A stretch of DNA of 64,000 nucleotides from Terriglobales bacterium (GTDB taxonomy: Bacteria; Acidobacteriota; Terriglobia; Terriglobales; Acidobacteriaceae). Both the position numbers and the translations under genes were made by a program. Below, one piece after another: positions 53,375 to 62,795 of the stretch. Where the stretch lies: contig JBATZM010000032.1 in assembly GCA_049674665.1 (NCBI GenBank), forward strand, positions 16,987 through 80,986. Direction: 5' to 3'. The notes beneath the pieces were generated by a model. It saw only the letters and a list, made by a program, of their open reading frames with translations. It did not search any database and had not been told where the DNA came from. Within the stretch, counting starts at the first letter, position 1. Each line of letters begins with the position of its first letter.

Positions 53375-53622
53375 TTATCCACTCTTTAGGCTCTTCTTCC
53401 TCCACTCTAACTGTGGAGTGTTTGTGGAAACTGTGGGATACCGGACAGAAACCTGAGAATGGGCCGCAGGTTACGACGGCTTCCGCTGCACTCGGGAGTG
53501 ATTGTTCACATAAAGGGTGGACGTGGAAGCCACTGCACCGCTGGGACCTGGAACGATTTTCCACTTCTCCGAAGCCCCTACGGTTACTACTAGTTTTATT
53601 GCTTTTATATTTGATATAAGAA
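53375..53622. other. probable oriC: DnaA-box cluster plus AT-rich unwinding element
   Basis: Four boxes match TTWTNCACA (or its complement) at 8/9: TTATCCACT 53375, TGTGGAAAC 53423, TTGTTCACA 53502 and TTTTCCACT 53557. Two are weaker: TGTGGAGTG 53412 and TGTGGGATA 53432. The AT-rich tract TAGTTTTATTGCTTTTATATTTGATATAAGAAG lies at 53591-53622. Confidence 0.65.
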
Positions 53623-53652
53623 GAGAACAGAAGTAGAGTCGGGAGACCCTAT

Positions 53653-54804
53653 ATGCCGGTCGCAGTCGCACCCGAGGTATCCACCACGACCATGGAAATT
53701 ACGGTCAGCAAATTTGACCTTCTCCGCGAACTGACAGCCACTCAAGGCGTGGTGGAGCGCAAGACCACGATTCCCATTCTCTCCAACTATCTTTTCGAAG
53801 CCGCCGGAGACAAGTTGTCTCTCACCGCGACCGATCTCGACCTAAGCCTGCGCACGTCGTGTAATGCCAAAGTAAAAAAAGAAGGTGCATGCACGATTCC
53901 GGCACGCAAACTTTATGACTACGTAAGGCTGTTGCCCGACGCCGACATCACCATACGGTTGCTCGAGAATCATTGGGTCAGCATTCGCTGCGGCAGGTCC
54001 AACACAAAAATGGTAGGGATGGCGAAATCGAATTTCCCCGGTCTGCCAGTGTTTCCAGCAGCGGGAGCAATCAAGATTCCAGCTGCCGTCCTGCGATCGA
54101 TGATCTCGAAGACCGGCTTTGCCATCGCCAGCGAAGAATCACGCTACACGCTGAATGGCGCATTGATGGTGCTGAAGCCGGAGTCTATCACTATGGTCGC
54201 AACCGACGGCCATCGCTTGGCACACGTAGAGCGCGCAGGGGAAAAGTTTGAAGGTGTTTCCGGCGAGATGAAGACGCTGATTCCGAAGAAGGCGATGGAC
54301 GAATTGAAATCGCTGCTCGATTCGGATGTCGAGACCATCGACTTTGCCAAGGATGAGTCCACACTGTTCTTCCGCTTCGGCCCGCGGCTGCTCACGTCAC
54401 GTCAGCTTACCGGACAATTCCCCAACTACGAAGCAGTTCTGCCGAAGGATATTTCGAAGTCGATCACGCTCCAGGGCGAGGAACTCGGAGCCGCAATTGC
54501 CCGCGTGGCCCAGTTCGCCGACGAACGCTCGCGCGCCGTGCGCTTGCGTCTGGAGAAAGGCGAGTTGAAGCTTTCCGCATCGTCAACCGAAACCGGCGAG
54601 TCCGAGGATTCCATCGAAGTCGCCTATGACGGCGAGCCCATGGCAATCGGATTCAATGCGCAATACTTGATGGACTTCATCAAAGCGACCGGATCCTGCG
54701 AAGTAAAACTGGAGCTGAAAGACGCGCAGTCCGCTGGCCAGCTTCGTCCAGCTGAAGGCGAAGATTATAAGTACCGGTATATTGTGATGCCGATGAGGAT
54801 CTGA
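53653..54804 (+). CDS. dnaN: DNA polymerase III beta sliding clamp
   Basis: ITVSKFDLLRELTATQGVVERKTTIPILSNYLFEA ... C-terminal VMPMRI. ATG 53653 has GGGAGA 6 nt upstream; ATG 53692 (MEITVSK) is the alternative. Confidence 0.96.
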   Translation: MPVAVAPEVSTTTMEITVSKFDLLRELTATQGVVERKTTIPILSNYLFEAAGDKLSLTATDLDLSLRTSCNAKVKKEGACTIPARKLYDYVRLLPDADITIRLLENHWVSIRCGRSNTKMVGMAKSNFPGLPVFPAAGAIKIPAAVLRSMISKTGFAIASEESRYTLNGALMVLKPESITMVATDGHRLAHVERAGEKFEGVSGEMKTLIPKKAMDELKSLLDSDVETIDFAKDESTLFFRFGPRLLTSRQLTGQFPNYEAVLPKDISKSITLQGEELGAAIARVAQFADERSRAVRLRLEKGELKLSASSTETGESEDSIEVAYDGEPMAIGFNAQYLMDFIKATGSCEVKLELKDAQSAGQLRPAEGEDYKYRYIVMPMRI

Positions 54805-54862
54805 GACTGCGTGGATGCAACTCTTTGCACTCCTTCCAAACCTGTTCGCAACATATTGCACC

Positions 54863-54891
54863 TTGACCTGAAGCCACTGAGCATATACATT
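54863..54891 (+). promoter_or_regulatory. candidate sigma70-type promoter for mscL
   Basis: TTGACC (54863-54868), followed 15-17 nt later by TATACATT. Sequence resemblance only. Confidence 0.35.
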
Positions 54892-54924
54892 TATCGGCCA
54901 TTCTAGTAAGTGGAGGAAAATGTT

Positions 54925-55341
54925 ATGTTATCCGGCTTTAAGCAGTTTATTTTGCGTGGCAATGTTGTCGATATGGCGGTGGGCGTGGTGATTGGCGCGG
55001 CCTTTGGCGGCGTGGTCACGGCGCTGACGGCGGACTTGTTGACGCCGTTCATCGCGGCCATAGTAGGCAAACCCGATTTCTCAGCCATTCATTACACGAT
55101 TAATGGGACGTTGTTTCCTGTGGGCCATTTCATCAACGCCCTGGTGTCATTTGTGCTGATTGCCGCAGCCGTTTATTTCTTTGTAGTGACGCCGGTGAAC
55201 GCGCTGGTTTCGCGTATGCGCAAAGCTCCGGCGCCAGCCGATCCAACAACCAAGAAGTGTCCGGAATGCCTGAGCGAAATTCCAATCGACGCACGGCGCT
55301 GCAGCCATTGTTCGCAGCCGGTGATGAGTAAGGCCGCGTAG
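54925..55341 (+). CDS. mscL: large-conductance mechanosensitive channel with C-terminal zinc-ribbon-like CxxC...CxxC tail
   Basis: GFKQFILRGNVVDMAVGVVIGAAFG and a tail KKCPECLSEIPIDARRCSHCSQP. GGAGG lies 8 nt upstream of ATG 54925. Confidence 0.93.
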   Translation: MLSGFKQFILRGNVVDMAVGVVIGAAFGGVVTALTADLLTPFIAAIVGKPDFSAIHYTINGTLFPVGHFINALVSFVLIAAAVYFFVVTPVNALVSRMRKAPAPADPTTKKCPECLSEIPIDARRCSHCSQPVMSKAA

Positions 55342-55505
55342 CAGTCGATTCGCCACTCCACTAAAATGGAGTCTGATTTCCCTCGAAGTCTTTTGGTAGG
55401 GGGGCCATTCAAAGCAGCCCCTACCGCTCTTTCCACCGTGGCGAAATTCTCCCGATTCCTGTAAAATCAAGGCTTCGGCAACAGGCCTGGAAGGATTTCA
55501 GAGTT

Positions 55506-55694
55506 ATGGCACGAGTTTGTGATGTCTGCGGCAAAGGGCCGCAGTTTGGAAATACCATCAGTCACGCCCACAACGTGAGTAAGCGGCGCTGGAATGTCAA
55601 TCTGCGCCCGGTGCACGCCAAGGTAGGAGCCGCTAACAAGCACATGCGCGTCTGCACCTCCTGTCTGCGCAGCGGCAAAGTAGTTAAGGCGTAA
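55506..55694 (+). CDS. rpmB: 50S ribosomal protein L28
   Basis: [34 protein letters not shown]. Confidence 0.97.
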   Translation: MARVCDVCGKGPQFGNTISHAHNVSKRRWNVNLRPVHAKVGAANKHMRVCTSCLRSGKVVKA

Positions 55695-55700
55695 AGAATC

Positions 55701-55745
55701 AAAGCCCGTAGGGATTTAAGAACTTAGAAATCCTGCGGGCTTTAC
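55701..55745 (+). terminator. hairpin terminator after rpmB
   Basis: AAAGCCCGTAGGGATTT...AAATCCTGCGGGCTTT, an imperfect stem followed by a short T run. Confidence 0.5.
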
Positions 55746-55800
55746 TCTGTCTGCTGATTTTCTTGGGCGGAACGCCGCACAATCTGCTGCGTTAACCTAA

Positions 55801-56262
55801 CTACTTCACATCCACCAGCCGTACATCGAAGACCAGGGTTGCGTTGGGCGGAATCACCGTGCTAAAGCCCTTTTCTCCATAAGCCAGATCGGGCGGAATG
55901 TGGAGTTGGCGCTTGCCACCTACCTTCATACCAACAATCCCTTCGTCCCATCCCTTGATCACCTGGCCAGCACCCAGCATCAACTCAAACGGTTTGCCCG
56001 TACCAACCGAGCTGTCGAACTTCTTTCCGTTGGTAAGCCATCCGGTGTAATCGACCGTGACGTGCTGTCCGGTTTGTGCCACCGCGCCTGTGCCCACTTT
56101 GATATCCCAATATTCCAGGCCGCTGGCGGTCTTAGTGGGCTCCCCTGTGACTTTCGTGGGACCGCTGGCTGCCCTGGCCATCGGTTTGTGGGCCGGAGCT
56201 GTCTGAGCGACAGCCAGAGTGCTTACTGCAAGAAGTGTAATGGCGAAGATGAGAACCTTCAT
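55801..56262 (-). CDS. FKBP-type peptidyl-prolyl cis-trans isomerase (secreted)
   Basis: Signal peptide, then GLEYWDIKVGTG, VTVDYTGWLTNGKKFDSS and GAGQVIKGWDEG. Confidence 0.93.
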   Translation of the reverse strand: MKVLIFAITLLAVSTLAVAQTAPAHKPMARAASGPTKVTGEPTKTASGLEYWDIKVGTGAVAQTGQHVTVDYTGWLTNGKKFDSSVGTGKPFELMLGAGQVIKGWDEGIVGMKVGGKRQLHIPPDLAYGEKGFSTVIPPNATLVFDVRLVDVK

Positions 56263-56335
56263 GGTGATCCTTTCTTTTACCTAAAGTTTAGTGGAGCGGC
56301 GGACAGTCCGCGCCCGTCTCCGACAGCAGTTTCGA

Positions 56336-56713
56336 TCAAGCCAGCGCAATCACATCGATTTCAACCAACACATCCTTCGGAAGCCGCGCCACTTCCACCG
56401 TGGAGCGCGCAGGCGGCGACTGCTTGAAATACCGGCCATAGACTTCGTTCATGGCGGCGAAGTCTCCCATGTTCTTGAGGAAGACAGTGCAGCGCAGAAC
56501 TTTCTCCAGAGTACTGCCCGAAGCCTCCAATATCGCGGCGAGATTCTTAAGCACGCGGTCAGTCTGCGCGCTAACATCGCCGGCAATGACCTGCTGAGTG
56601 GTGGGATCGATGGCGACTTGTCCGGAAGTAAAGATCAAGCCTTGGGCTCGGATGGCCTGCGAATAGGGACCGATGGCCTTCGGAGCGTGCTCAGTGGCGA
56701 TTACTTCGCGCAT
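56336..56713 (-). CDS. ridA: RidA/YjgF family reactive-intermediate deaminase
   Basis: APKAIGPYSQAI, IFTSGQVAIDP, PARSTVEVARLPKDVLVEID. Confidence 0.92.
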   Translation of the reverse strand: MREVIATEHAPKAIGPYSQAIRAQGLIFTSGQVAIDPTTQQVIAGDVSAQTDRVLKNLAAILEASGSTLEKVLRCTVFLKNMGDFAAMNEVYGRYFKQSPPARSTVEVARLPKDVLVEIDVIALA

Positions 56714-56800
56714 GATTTTCTCCCGTGCTGCTGCGTTTCTCTGAAATGAATGGCGAAGAGTGATTAACGCAGATTGTGGCAGCGGAAGTCAAACTGGTTA

Positions 56801-56865
56801 GTGGAGAGACGGGCGTCCTCGCCCGTCCAAGATGCTCAAGTAGGGTCGGACGCATTCGTCCACCC
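56801..56865 (+). repeat. family A repeat plus a second hairpin
   Basis: GTGGAGAGACGGGCGTCCTCGCCCGTCCAAG ... GGGTCGGACGCATTCGTCCACCC. Confidence 0.8.
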
Positions 56866-56884
56866 GCTCTCTCTACAAATTGCC

Positions 56885-57937
56885 CTAGAACAGCGAACTC
56901 TGCCGCCGGTTAGGAGTAATCCCGAAATGCTCATAAGCCAGTTGTGTAGCCACCCGCCCGCGCGGCGTGCGATTCAGAAAGCCGATCTGGATCAGAAACG
57001 GCTCGTAGATTTCTTCGATGGCATCCGGCTCCTCAGCCAGCGCAGCGCCTAAAGTACTCAGTCCCACCGGCCCGCCCTGATATTTCTCGATGATGGTGAG
57101 CAGAAGTTTGCGATCCACTTCGTCAAAACCGTGACGGTCAACCTCCAACATGCTGAGAGCAGATTGCGCGGTAGGCAGATCGATGGATCCAGCCGCACGC
57201 ACCTGCGCGAAATCGCGTACACGCCGCAACAGGCGGTTGGCGATACGTGGCGTGCCCCGCGAGCGGCTAGCGATTTCAGTCGCTCCGGCACGATCGATCT
57301 TCACGCCCAGGATCTCGGCCGACCGCTCAACAATAACGCGCAGATCGTCATGCGTATAGAACTCAAGCCGCAGCAGCAGCCCAAACCGCGAGCGCAGTGG
57401 AGCGGAGAGCAATCCAGCCCGCGTAGTAGCGCCGATAAAAGTAAACGGCTTGACGTCCATCGTATGCGTGCGCGCGGACGGTCCCTGCCCAATCATAATG
57501 TCAAGTTTGTAGTCTTCAAGCGCGGAGTAAAGAATCTCTTCAAGCGCCGGCTGCAGCCTGTGCACTTCATCAATAAATAGCACCTGCCGGTCGCGGAGAT
57601 TGGTAAGGATCGCCGTCAGGTCGCCCTTGATCTGCAGCGTAGGTCCAGAGGTCTGCTGAAAAGCAGCGCCCAGTTCGTTAGCGATAATATTGGCCAGAGT
57701 AGTCTTGCCCAGCCCCGGAGGCCCGTAGAGCAGCACATGATCAAGCGCCTCACCCCGAGACTTGGCCGCCTGAATCGCAACATCAAGATTCTCTTTGACT
57801 TTGTTCTGCCCGATAAATTCTTGCAAACGCTGCGGCCGCAGCTTGAGCTCAAAGGAAGAATCGTCCTCGACCGGCGCGGCAGAGACAAGGCGGTCTTTAA
57901 GGTTCGGCAAGTTAAGATTGTCTTTGGCGGCGGACAC
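56885..57937 (-). CDS. ruvB: Holliday junction branch migration helicase RuvB
   Basis: [35 protein letters not shown], and the C-terminal winged helix. Confidence 0.98.
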   Translation of the reverse strand: MSAAKDNLNLPNLKDRLVSAAPVEDDSSFELKLRPQRLQEFIGQNKVKENLDVAIQAAKSRGEALDHVLLYGPPGLGKTTLANIIANELGAAFQQTSGPTLQIKGDLTAILTNLRDRQVLFIDEVHRLQPALEEILYSALEDYKLDIMIGQGPSARTHTMDVKPFTFIGATTRAGLLSAPLRSRFGLLLRLEFYTHDDLRVIVERSAEILGVKIDRAGATEIASRSRGTPRIANRLLRRVRDFAQVRAAGSIDLPTAQSALSMLEVDRHGFDEVDRKLLLTIIEKYQGGPVGLSTLGAALAEEPDAIEEIYEPFLIQIGFLNRTPRGRVATQLAYEHFGITPNRRQSSLF

Positions 57938-57975
57938 TGAAAGCGATGTTAGCAGTAGTAGGTGGCGAGTGGCCA

Positions 57976-58084
57976 GTGTGGAGCGAACACTCCTGTCCGC
58001 TGCCGTTGAAGTTGATTTTGCCGTTGATCTTGAAGTTGATTCTGAAAGTCAAGATCAAGCGCGGCGGACAAGACTGTCCAAAAG
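57976..58084 (+). repeat. family A composite: head hairpin, TTGA-rich tail, terminal hairpin
   Basis: GTGTGGAGCGAACACTCCTGTCCGC + TGCCGTTGAAGTTGATTTTGCCGTTGATCTTGAAGTTGATTCTGAAAGTCAAGATCAAG + CGCGGCGGACAAGACTGTCCAAAAG. Confidence 0.85.
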
Positions 58085-58115
58085 AGAGTCCAAAAAAGTA
58101 TCCGCCCCAAACAAC

Positions 58116-59051
58116 CTACTGCCCAATCACGCCCAACCGCACGCCCTTAAGTTTCCCTATGTCAAACCAAGCCACCTTCTGCCCGAACCAGGTTTTAGTA
58201 CCGGAGAGTCTGTACTTCTTGACAGCCGCAGCAAAGTCGCGCGCGTTAAGCAGATACGCAACCGGAGACTCGCCAAACTTCGCCAGGTGTTCCGCGAGCC
58301 AGCCTCCGCCCGTAGGAGTTGCCAGAATAACCGGCTCACCTGGAAAATACGCGAGTTTGCCGGTGTCTCTCTCAGTCTCGATGATCGGAGCGGCCCAGCC
58401 GTAAGCCCTGCGGAACAGGGCAATCGACGCATCAAGATTATTGACGCCGATCACAACGTTTTCTACCCCGCTCACCGGCGCCCCTTGCACGCTGGCCGAA
58501 GTCTGCACGCGCCACGCGCGCGGCGTCTCATCTTCAATAATGAAGGGCAGCGTGGAGCCCGGCGTTCCAGAGCCAACATCAGCGGTCGTCCACTCGACCG
58601 ACATGCCGTCTGGCCGCTTGCGACTGCCACGCTCGGGCGTTGTGACCGGAATTCCGCTCTTCTTCAGCCGATCGACCGCCTGCAGCAAGACATTTGTCCC
58701 CACCGCCCAGGCGCAGGTGATCGCATCCTCGGACATAAACTTTGCCCAGTCGGAACCCGCGGTCACGCCCGGTTTTACCGGCGCGATCAGTTCAATGTAC
58801 GACCCGTCATCGAAGCCGACGATGGCCATCTGTGTAATGCCATTGCTATGCAAACCACCCATGTCTGGAGTCAGGCCCACCTCCGTGAAAGCCTGGCGAA
58901 GCGTGTCAAGGTTCGATCCGCACACCGACACGTGATCGAGTTCCAGCGTTATGTCCTTGCTATCCTGGGTCATTGCAGACTGAGTGGCGAGTAATAGAAT
59001 GAGCGTGACGAGCGATAAGCGGCAGTAGATCGGGGACCTCCGCTTAGACAT
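58116..59051 (-). CDS. secreted VOC/glyoxalase-like domain protein
   Basis: Signal peptide (LVTLILLLATQSAMTQ), then LELDHVSVCGSNLDTLRQAFTEVGL and a second beta-alpha-beta-beta-beta-like half. The family call is tentative. Confidence 0.55.
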   Translation of the reverse strand: MSKRRSPIYCRLSLVTLILLLATQSAMTQDSKDITLELDHVSVCGSNLDTLRQAFTEVGLTPDMGGLHSNGITQMAIVGFDDGSYIELIAPVKPGVTAGSDWAKFMSEDAITCAWAVGTNVLLQAVDRLKKSGIPVTTPERGSRKRPDGMSVEWTTADVGSGTPGSTLPFIIEDETPRAWRVQTSASVQGAPVSGVENVVIGVNNLDASIALFRRAYGWAAPIIETERDTGKLAYFPGEPVILATPTGGGWLAEHLAKFGESPVAYLLNARDFAAAVKKYRLSGTKTWFGQKVAWFDIGKLKGVRLGVIGQ

Positions 59052-59150
59052 GCATGCCTCCCTGGAAGGAACTAATACGAAAGACGAATGTTACGCCAGA
59101 ATGCGCGATCTGTGAACGATTTCCTACAGGCGCAAGCTTACCCCTTATAC

Positions 59151-59966
59151 CTACTCCGCGACACCCACCGCATGAGGGTAGGCGGCTTGGTAGTAATGGC
59201 ACATCCGGAATCCACCGGCCTTGAACTCTGCTTCGATCTCCGCTTTGGCGAAACAGTGGTGATAACCGCGGTCCGTTACGTGGTCGCCAGGCTCCAAGGA
59301 TCCGGCACGCCCGCGCAGAGATCGAAACCACTTCGCGAGCTGGAAGGCTGCGCCCTCATCGGGCGACGCTTCGTCTCTTACCCAAAACGAGACGAGGATG
59401 GGGGCCCCGGGCGGCACCAAGGCGTGAAGTTTTCGAAGAAATGCGATCCGGCGGTCGCTCCCGGAAATATGCCCGTACGCCGCCCACCCAACGATCAGGC
59501 CGTCGCGCGGCGTCAATTTCTCAGGCACATCATTCGGCGGACAGAACATAACAGTTGAGGGGATGCCGAGTACCTCCAAGAGCCGTCGGCTGGTTTCGAC
59601 AAGGCGTGGGGTGCAGTCAAAGCCATCCGCCGGGAACCCAAGGCCGTGCAGGGCGATAAGTTCCCTGCCACCACCGGAAGCGGCGACCAGAATCTTTGAG
59701 CTTGGCCGGAAGAAGCGGTGGATGGTCTCCCGCTCCCAAGAGAAAAGGCCAAACTGGTTGTGTTCTGTGCCGTTGTACATGTGGCTCCGCTGATAGCTTC
59801 GAATCGTTACGGCGGTCAGGTCTTCGGGGTCGAGACATCCAAGCCAGAAACCCTCGTGCAGAATGCCGAGCAGTCGCATCCATCGCTGGACCCAGCGATC
59901 GAACCAAAAGTACACCCGGACGCGCAAACGATGTGCTTGTCGCGGCATAGTTGGCGTGAGCTTCAA
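59151..59966 (-). CDS. class I SAM-dependent methyltransferase
   Basis: Motif I-like ILVAASGGGRELIALHGLGFPADGFDCTPRLVE. Confidence 0.65.
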   Translation of the reverse strand: MKLTPTMPRQAHRLRVRVYFWFDRWVQRWMRLLGILHEGFWLGCLDPEDLTAVTIRSYQRSHMYNGTEHNQFGLFSWERETIHRFFRPSSKILVAASGGGRELIALHGLGFPADGFDCTPRLVETSRRLLEVLGIPSTVMFCPPNDVPEKLTPRDGLIVGWAAYGHISGSDRRIAFLRKLHALVPPGAPILVSFWVRDEASPDEGAAFQLAKWFRSLRGRAGSLEPGDHVTDRGYHHCFAKAEIEAEFKAGGFRMCHYYQAAYPHAVGVAE

Positions 59967-60145
59967 AGGGTCAGAGATTCACAGTTTACGCCGGGCAGTA
60001 GGAAGCGGAGACAACCTGTTGGTTGTTGCAATCAAGGCGATCATCGTCGCGCTGCACTTAATTTAAATATGACTCCGCTGCCCCTCGATACGTGCATTTC
60101 CATACGTACAATTGAGCAGTACAAAGTGTTCCACGAGCCAGCCAA

Positions 60146-62284
60146 CTACTCTTCCTCTTCCTTAACCTCTCCCCTCTCCGCCTTAGCCTTCTCAATAATC
60201 TTGTCCTGAAGTTGTTGCGGAACCGTATCGTAATGGTGCATCTCCATCGAGAAGCTCCCGCGCCCCTGCGTCATGGAAGTAAGATCGGCGCCGTAGGTAA
60301 GCATCTCGGCCATGGGAACTTCGGCCTTCACAATGGTGTTACCGGCCTTGTTATCCATCCCCTGGATGCGGCCACGACGGCTGTTGAGGTCGCCCATAAT
60401 CGTCCCAGCGAATTCATCCGGGATGCTGATCTCTACATGCATGATGGGTTCCAGCAGCGTCGGTTTTGCCATTTCCATGGCCTTGCGGAAGGCGATGCGC
60501 CCCGCCATCTGAAACGACAGATCGTTCGAATCTACGTCATGATATGACCCGTCGTAGAGGCTCACGCGGAAATTCACTACAGGATATCCGGCAAGATAGC
60601 CGCGAGCAGCGGCGTCTTTGATCCCCTTTTCAACCGCGGGAATAAAGTTACGCGGAATCGCGCCGCCAAAAATATCGTTCACGAATTCGAATTCCACTTC
60701 GGAGTTGCGCGGCAGCGGCTCCATCTTGATTTTGCAATCGCCGTACTGGCCGTGGCCACCGGTCTGCTTCTTGTGCCGTCCCTGCACATCAGCCTTGCCG
60801 CGAATGGTTTCGCGATACGGTACCTTCGGCGCCTTCAACACGACTTCCGCGTGGTAGCGCTTCTTCATCTTCGAGACCACGACTTCGATGTGCTGCTGTC
60901 CCGTGCCAGCGATCAGAAATTCTTTGGTCTGTGGATCGCGGAAGAAGCGCAGCATGGCGTCTTCTTCCATCAGCTTGTGGAGACCGACACCCAGCTTGTC
61001 TTCATCGGCACGGCTCTTGGGCTCGATAGCGAAAGTAATCGCCGGCTCAGGCAACTGCACCGGCGGATAGCGGATCGGCGATGATTTGTCGCCCAGCGTG
61101 TCGCCGGTGAGAGTTTCTCTAAGCTTCGCGACCGCGCCGATATCCCCCGCATGCAGCTCCGGGATTGGAACCGCCTGCTTGCCTTGGATCAGGGAAATGT
61201 GCGCGAACTTCTCCTGAATATTGCGATTGTAGTTCTGCAGCGATGCGTCGTTCTTCAGCACTCCAGAAAAAACCTTGAAATAAGAAATGCGCCCGGCAAA
61301 CGCGTCAGACATGGTTTTGAAAACATAAACTGACGCCGGCTCGTTGTCGGTGCCTTTGCGCACGGCCGGCTCGCCGTTGCCACCCGCAGGCTGACCGGTA
61401 ATGGCGTGATGTTCGCTCGCGGCGGGAGTGTAGTCCACGATGAAATCCATCAGCTCGTCGACACCGATGTTACCGAGTCCAGAGGTAAACAGCACGGGGA
61501 AAAGCTTGTCTTCGCGAATCGCCTCGTGCAGCGCCGGAACCAAATCTTCTTCGGGAATCGTGCCCTTCTCGAAGAATTCCTCCATCAGCTCGTCTTTGCC
61601 TTCGGCAATCAGTTCGACCAATCTTTCGTGGGCTTCTTTGGCGACATCGGCCATATTCGCCGGAATCGGGCCTTCCTTACCTTTGCCATTTCCGCCCATC
61701 TCGTAGGTGTAGGCCTTCATGCGAACGAGATCGACAATGCCGCTGAGACTCTTCTCGCTGCCGATAGGAAGCTGTAGCGGAGTGACGGCGCGGCCGAAAG
61801 CGTTAGTCAGCGATTCGAGCACGCGATTGGCGTCGGCGCGATCGCGGTCCATGCGGTTGACGACAATCATGCGCGGCAGGTCGATATCGTTGCAGTATCC
61901 CCAGACCCGCTGGGTCACGACCTCGACGCCAGCGACTCCGTCCACCACAACGAGCGCGGCGTCCACCACAGGCAGCACCATCTTGGCCTCGTGGACGAAC
62001 ATGTTGAACCCGGGAGTGTCGAGCAGATTGATCTTGACCTTTTCCGTAACTTTGGAAGCATCGGTCTTGCCCCACTCGACAAAAGCAATGCCGGTCCCAA
62101 TCGACATCTTGCGGGCGATTTCCTCTTCATCGTAATCGGTGGTGGCCGAGCCATCGTCGACGCGTCCCAGGCGCGGCGCGGCTCCGGCGGTGTAGAGCAT
62201 GGCGGACACCAGGGTAGTTTTGCCGGCATGCCCGTGTCCGATCAGGGCAAGGTTGCGGAGATTGGCTCCTTCGTACACTTTCAC
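60146..62284 (-). CDS. elongation factor G paralogue (stand-alone, not in an rpsL-rpsG-fusA-tuf context)
   Basis: NLALIGHGHAGKTTL (G1), LLDTPGFNMF (G3), VNRMDR (G4), and domains II-V collinear with EF-G. 712 aa. Confidence 0.9.
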   Translation of the reverse strand: MKVYEGANLRNLALIGHGHAGKTTLVSAMLYTAGAAPRLGRVDDGSATTDYDEEEIARKMSIGTGIAFVEWGKTDASKVTEKVKINLLDTPGFNMFVHEAKMVLPVVDAALVVVDGVAGVEVVTQRVWGYCNDIDLPRMIVVNRMDRDRADANRVLESLTNAFGRAVTPLQLPIGSEKSLSGIVDLVRMKAYTYEMGGNGKGKEGPIPANMADVAKEAHERLVELIAEGKDELMEEFFEKGTIPEEDLVPALHEAIREDKLFPVLFTSGLGNIGVDELMDFIVDYTPAASEHHAITGQPAGGNGEPAVRKGTDNEPASVYVFKTMSDAFAGRISYFKVFSGVLKNDASLQNYNRNIQEKFAHISLIQGKQAVPIPELHAGDIGAVAKLRETLTGDTLGDKSSPIRYPPVQLPEPAITFAIEPKSRADEDKLGVGLHKLMEEDAMLRFFRDPQTKEFLIAGTGQQHIEVVVSKMKKRYHAEVVLKAPKVPYRETIRGKADVQGRHKKQTGGHGQYGDCKIKMEPLPRNSEVEFEFVNDIFGGAIPRNFIPAVEKGIKDAAARGYLAGYPVVNFRVSLYDGSYHDVDSNDLSFQMAGRIAFRKAMEMAKPTLLEPIMHVEISIPDEFAGTIMGDLNSRRGRIQGMDNKAGNTIVKAEVPMAEMLTYGADLTSMTQGRGSFSMEMHHYDTVPQQLQDKIIEKAKAERGEVKEEEE

Positions 62285-62448
62285 GGGTTGTCTCCTTCCG
62301 CAGGCTTACGGGAAGGGTGATAAGGCCCGGAATGAGGATGAGTACAGGCTACAGGCCAGCCCAACAACGCCTGCGAAACTTCCGATGCTAACACAGGGGG
62401 TGGGAGCGCTCAAGGAAGGGGTGGCTTGAAGCATCTCCTCAAAGAAAA

Positions 62449-62760
62449 TTGACGACAGGTTTATTCTTAAAGGCGCTCGGAGAGAATGATGACCGTATTC
62501 GCCCCAATGTTCTGGTCGCTTGTTGTTCTGTTAATTGTGATCAACAACTACGCCGACATTTCAATGAAATCCGAGTCAACAACCGGCTCCGCGAAGAAGA
62601 GCGGTTTTCTTGGTGGAACCGAAATTCATGGGAGGTTGGCCGAAAATACAGAAAATTCTATCCCGATAGCTATTTGCCGCTGATTAGCCAGTACAGCTTT
62701 TGGCTCTGCATTGTTTTCGGAGCAGCCTTGTTGGTCGTTACCTTGCGGAATCCAAATTGA
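62449..62760 (+). CDS. possible small protein with C-terminal TM helix
   Basis: Low-GC 103-aa ORF (TTG start) ending FWLCIVFGAALLVVTLRNPN. A competing ORF at 62486..62683 in another frame is equally weak. Confidence 0.25.
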   Translation: MTTGLFLKALGENDDRIRPNVLVACCSVNCDQQLRRHFNEIRVNNRLREEERFSWWNRNSWEVGRKYRKFYPDSYLPLISQYSFWLCIVFGAALLVVTLRNPN

Positions 62761-62795
62761 GTCAACTCTTTTGCCCACCATCGACCTGTCTGTGA

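Noticed and set aside
57795-58994. 399-aa ORF on the + strand
   Set aside because: It runs through the repeat block at 57940-58110 and antisense to the VOC-domain gene. It is Arg-rich low complexity.
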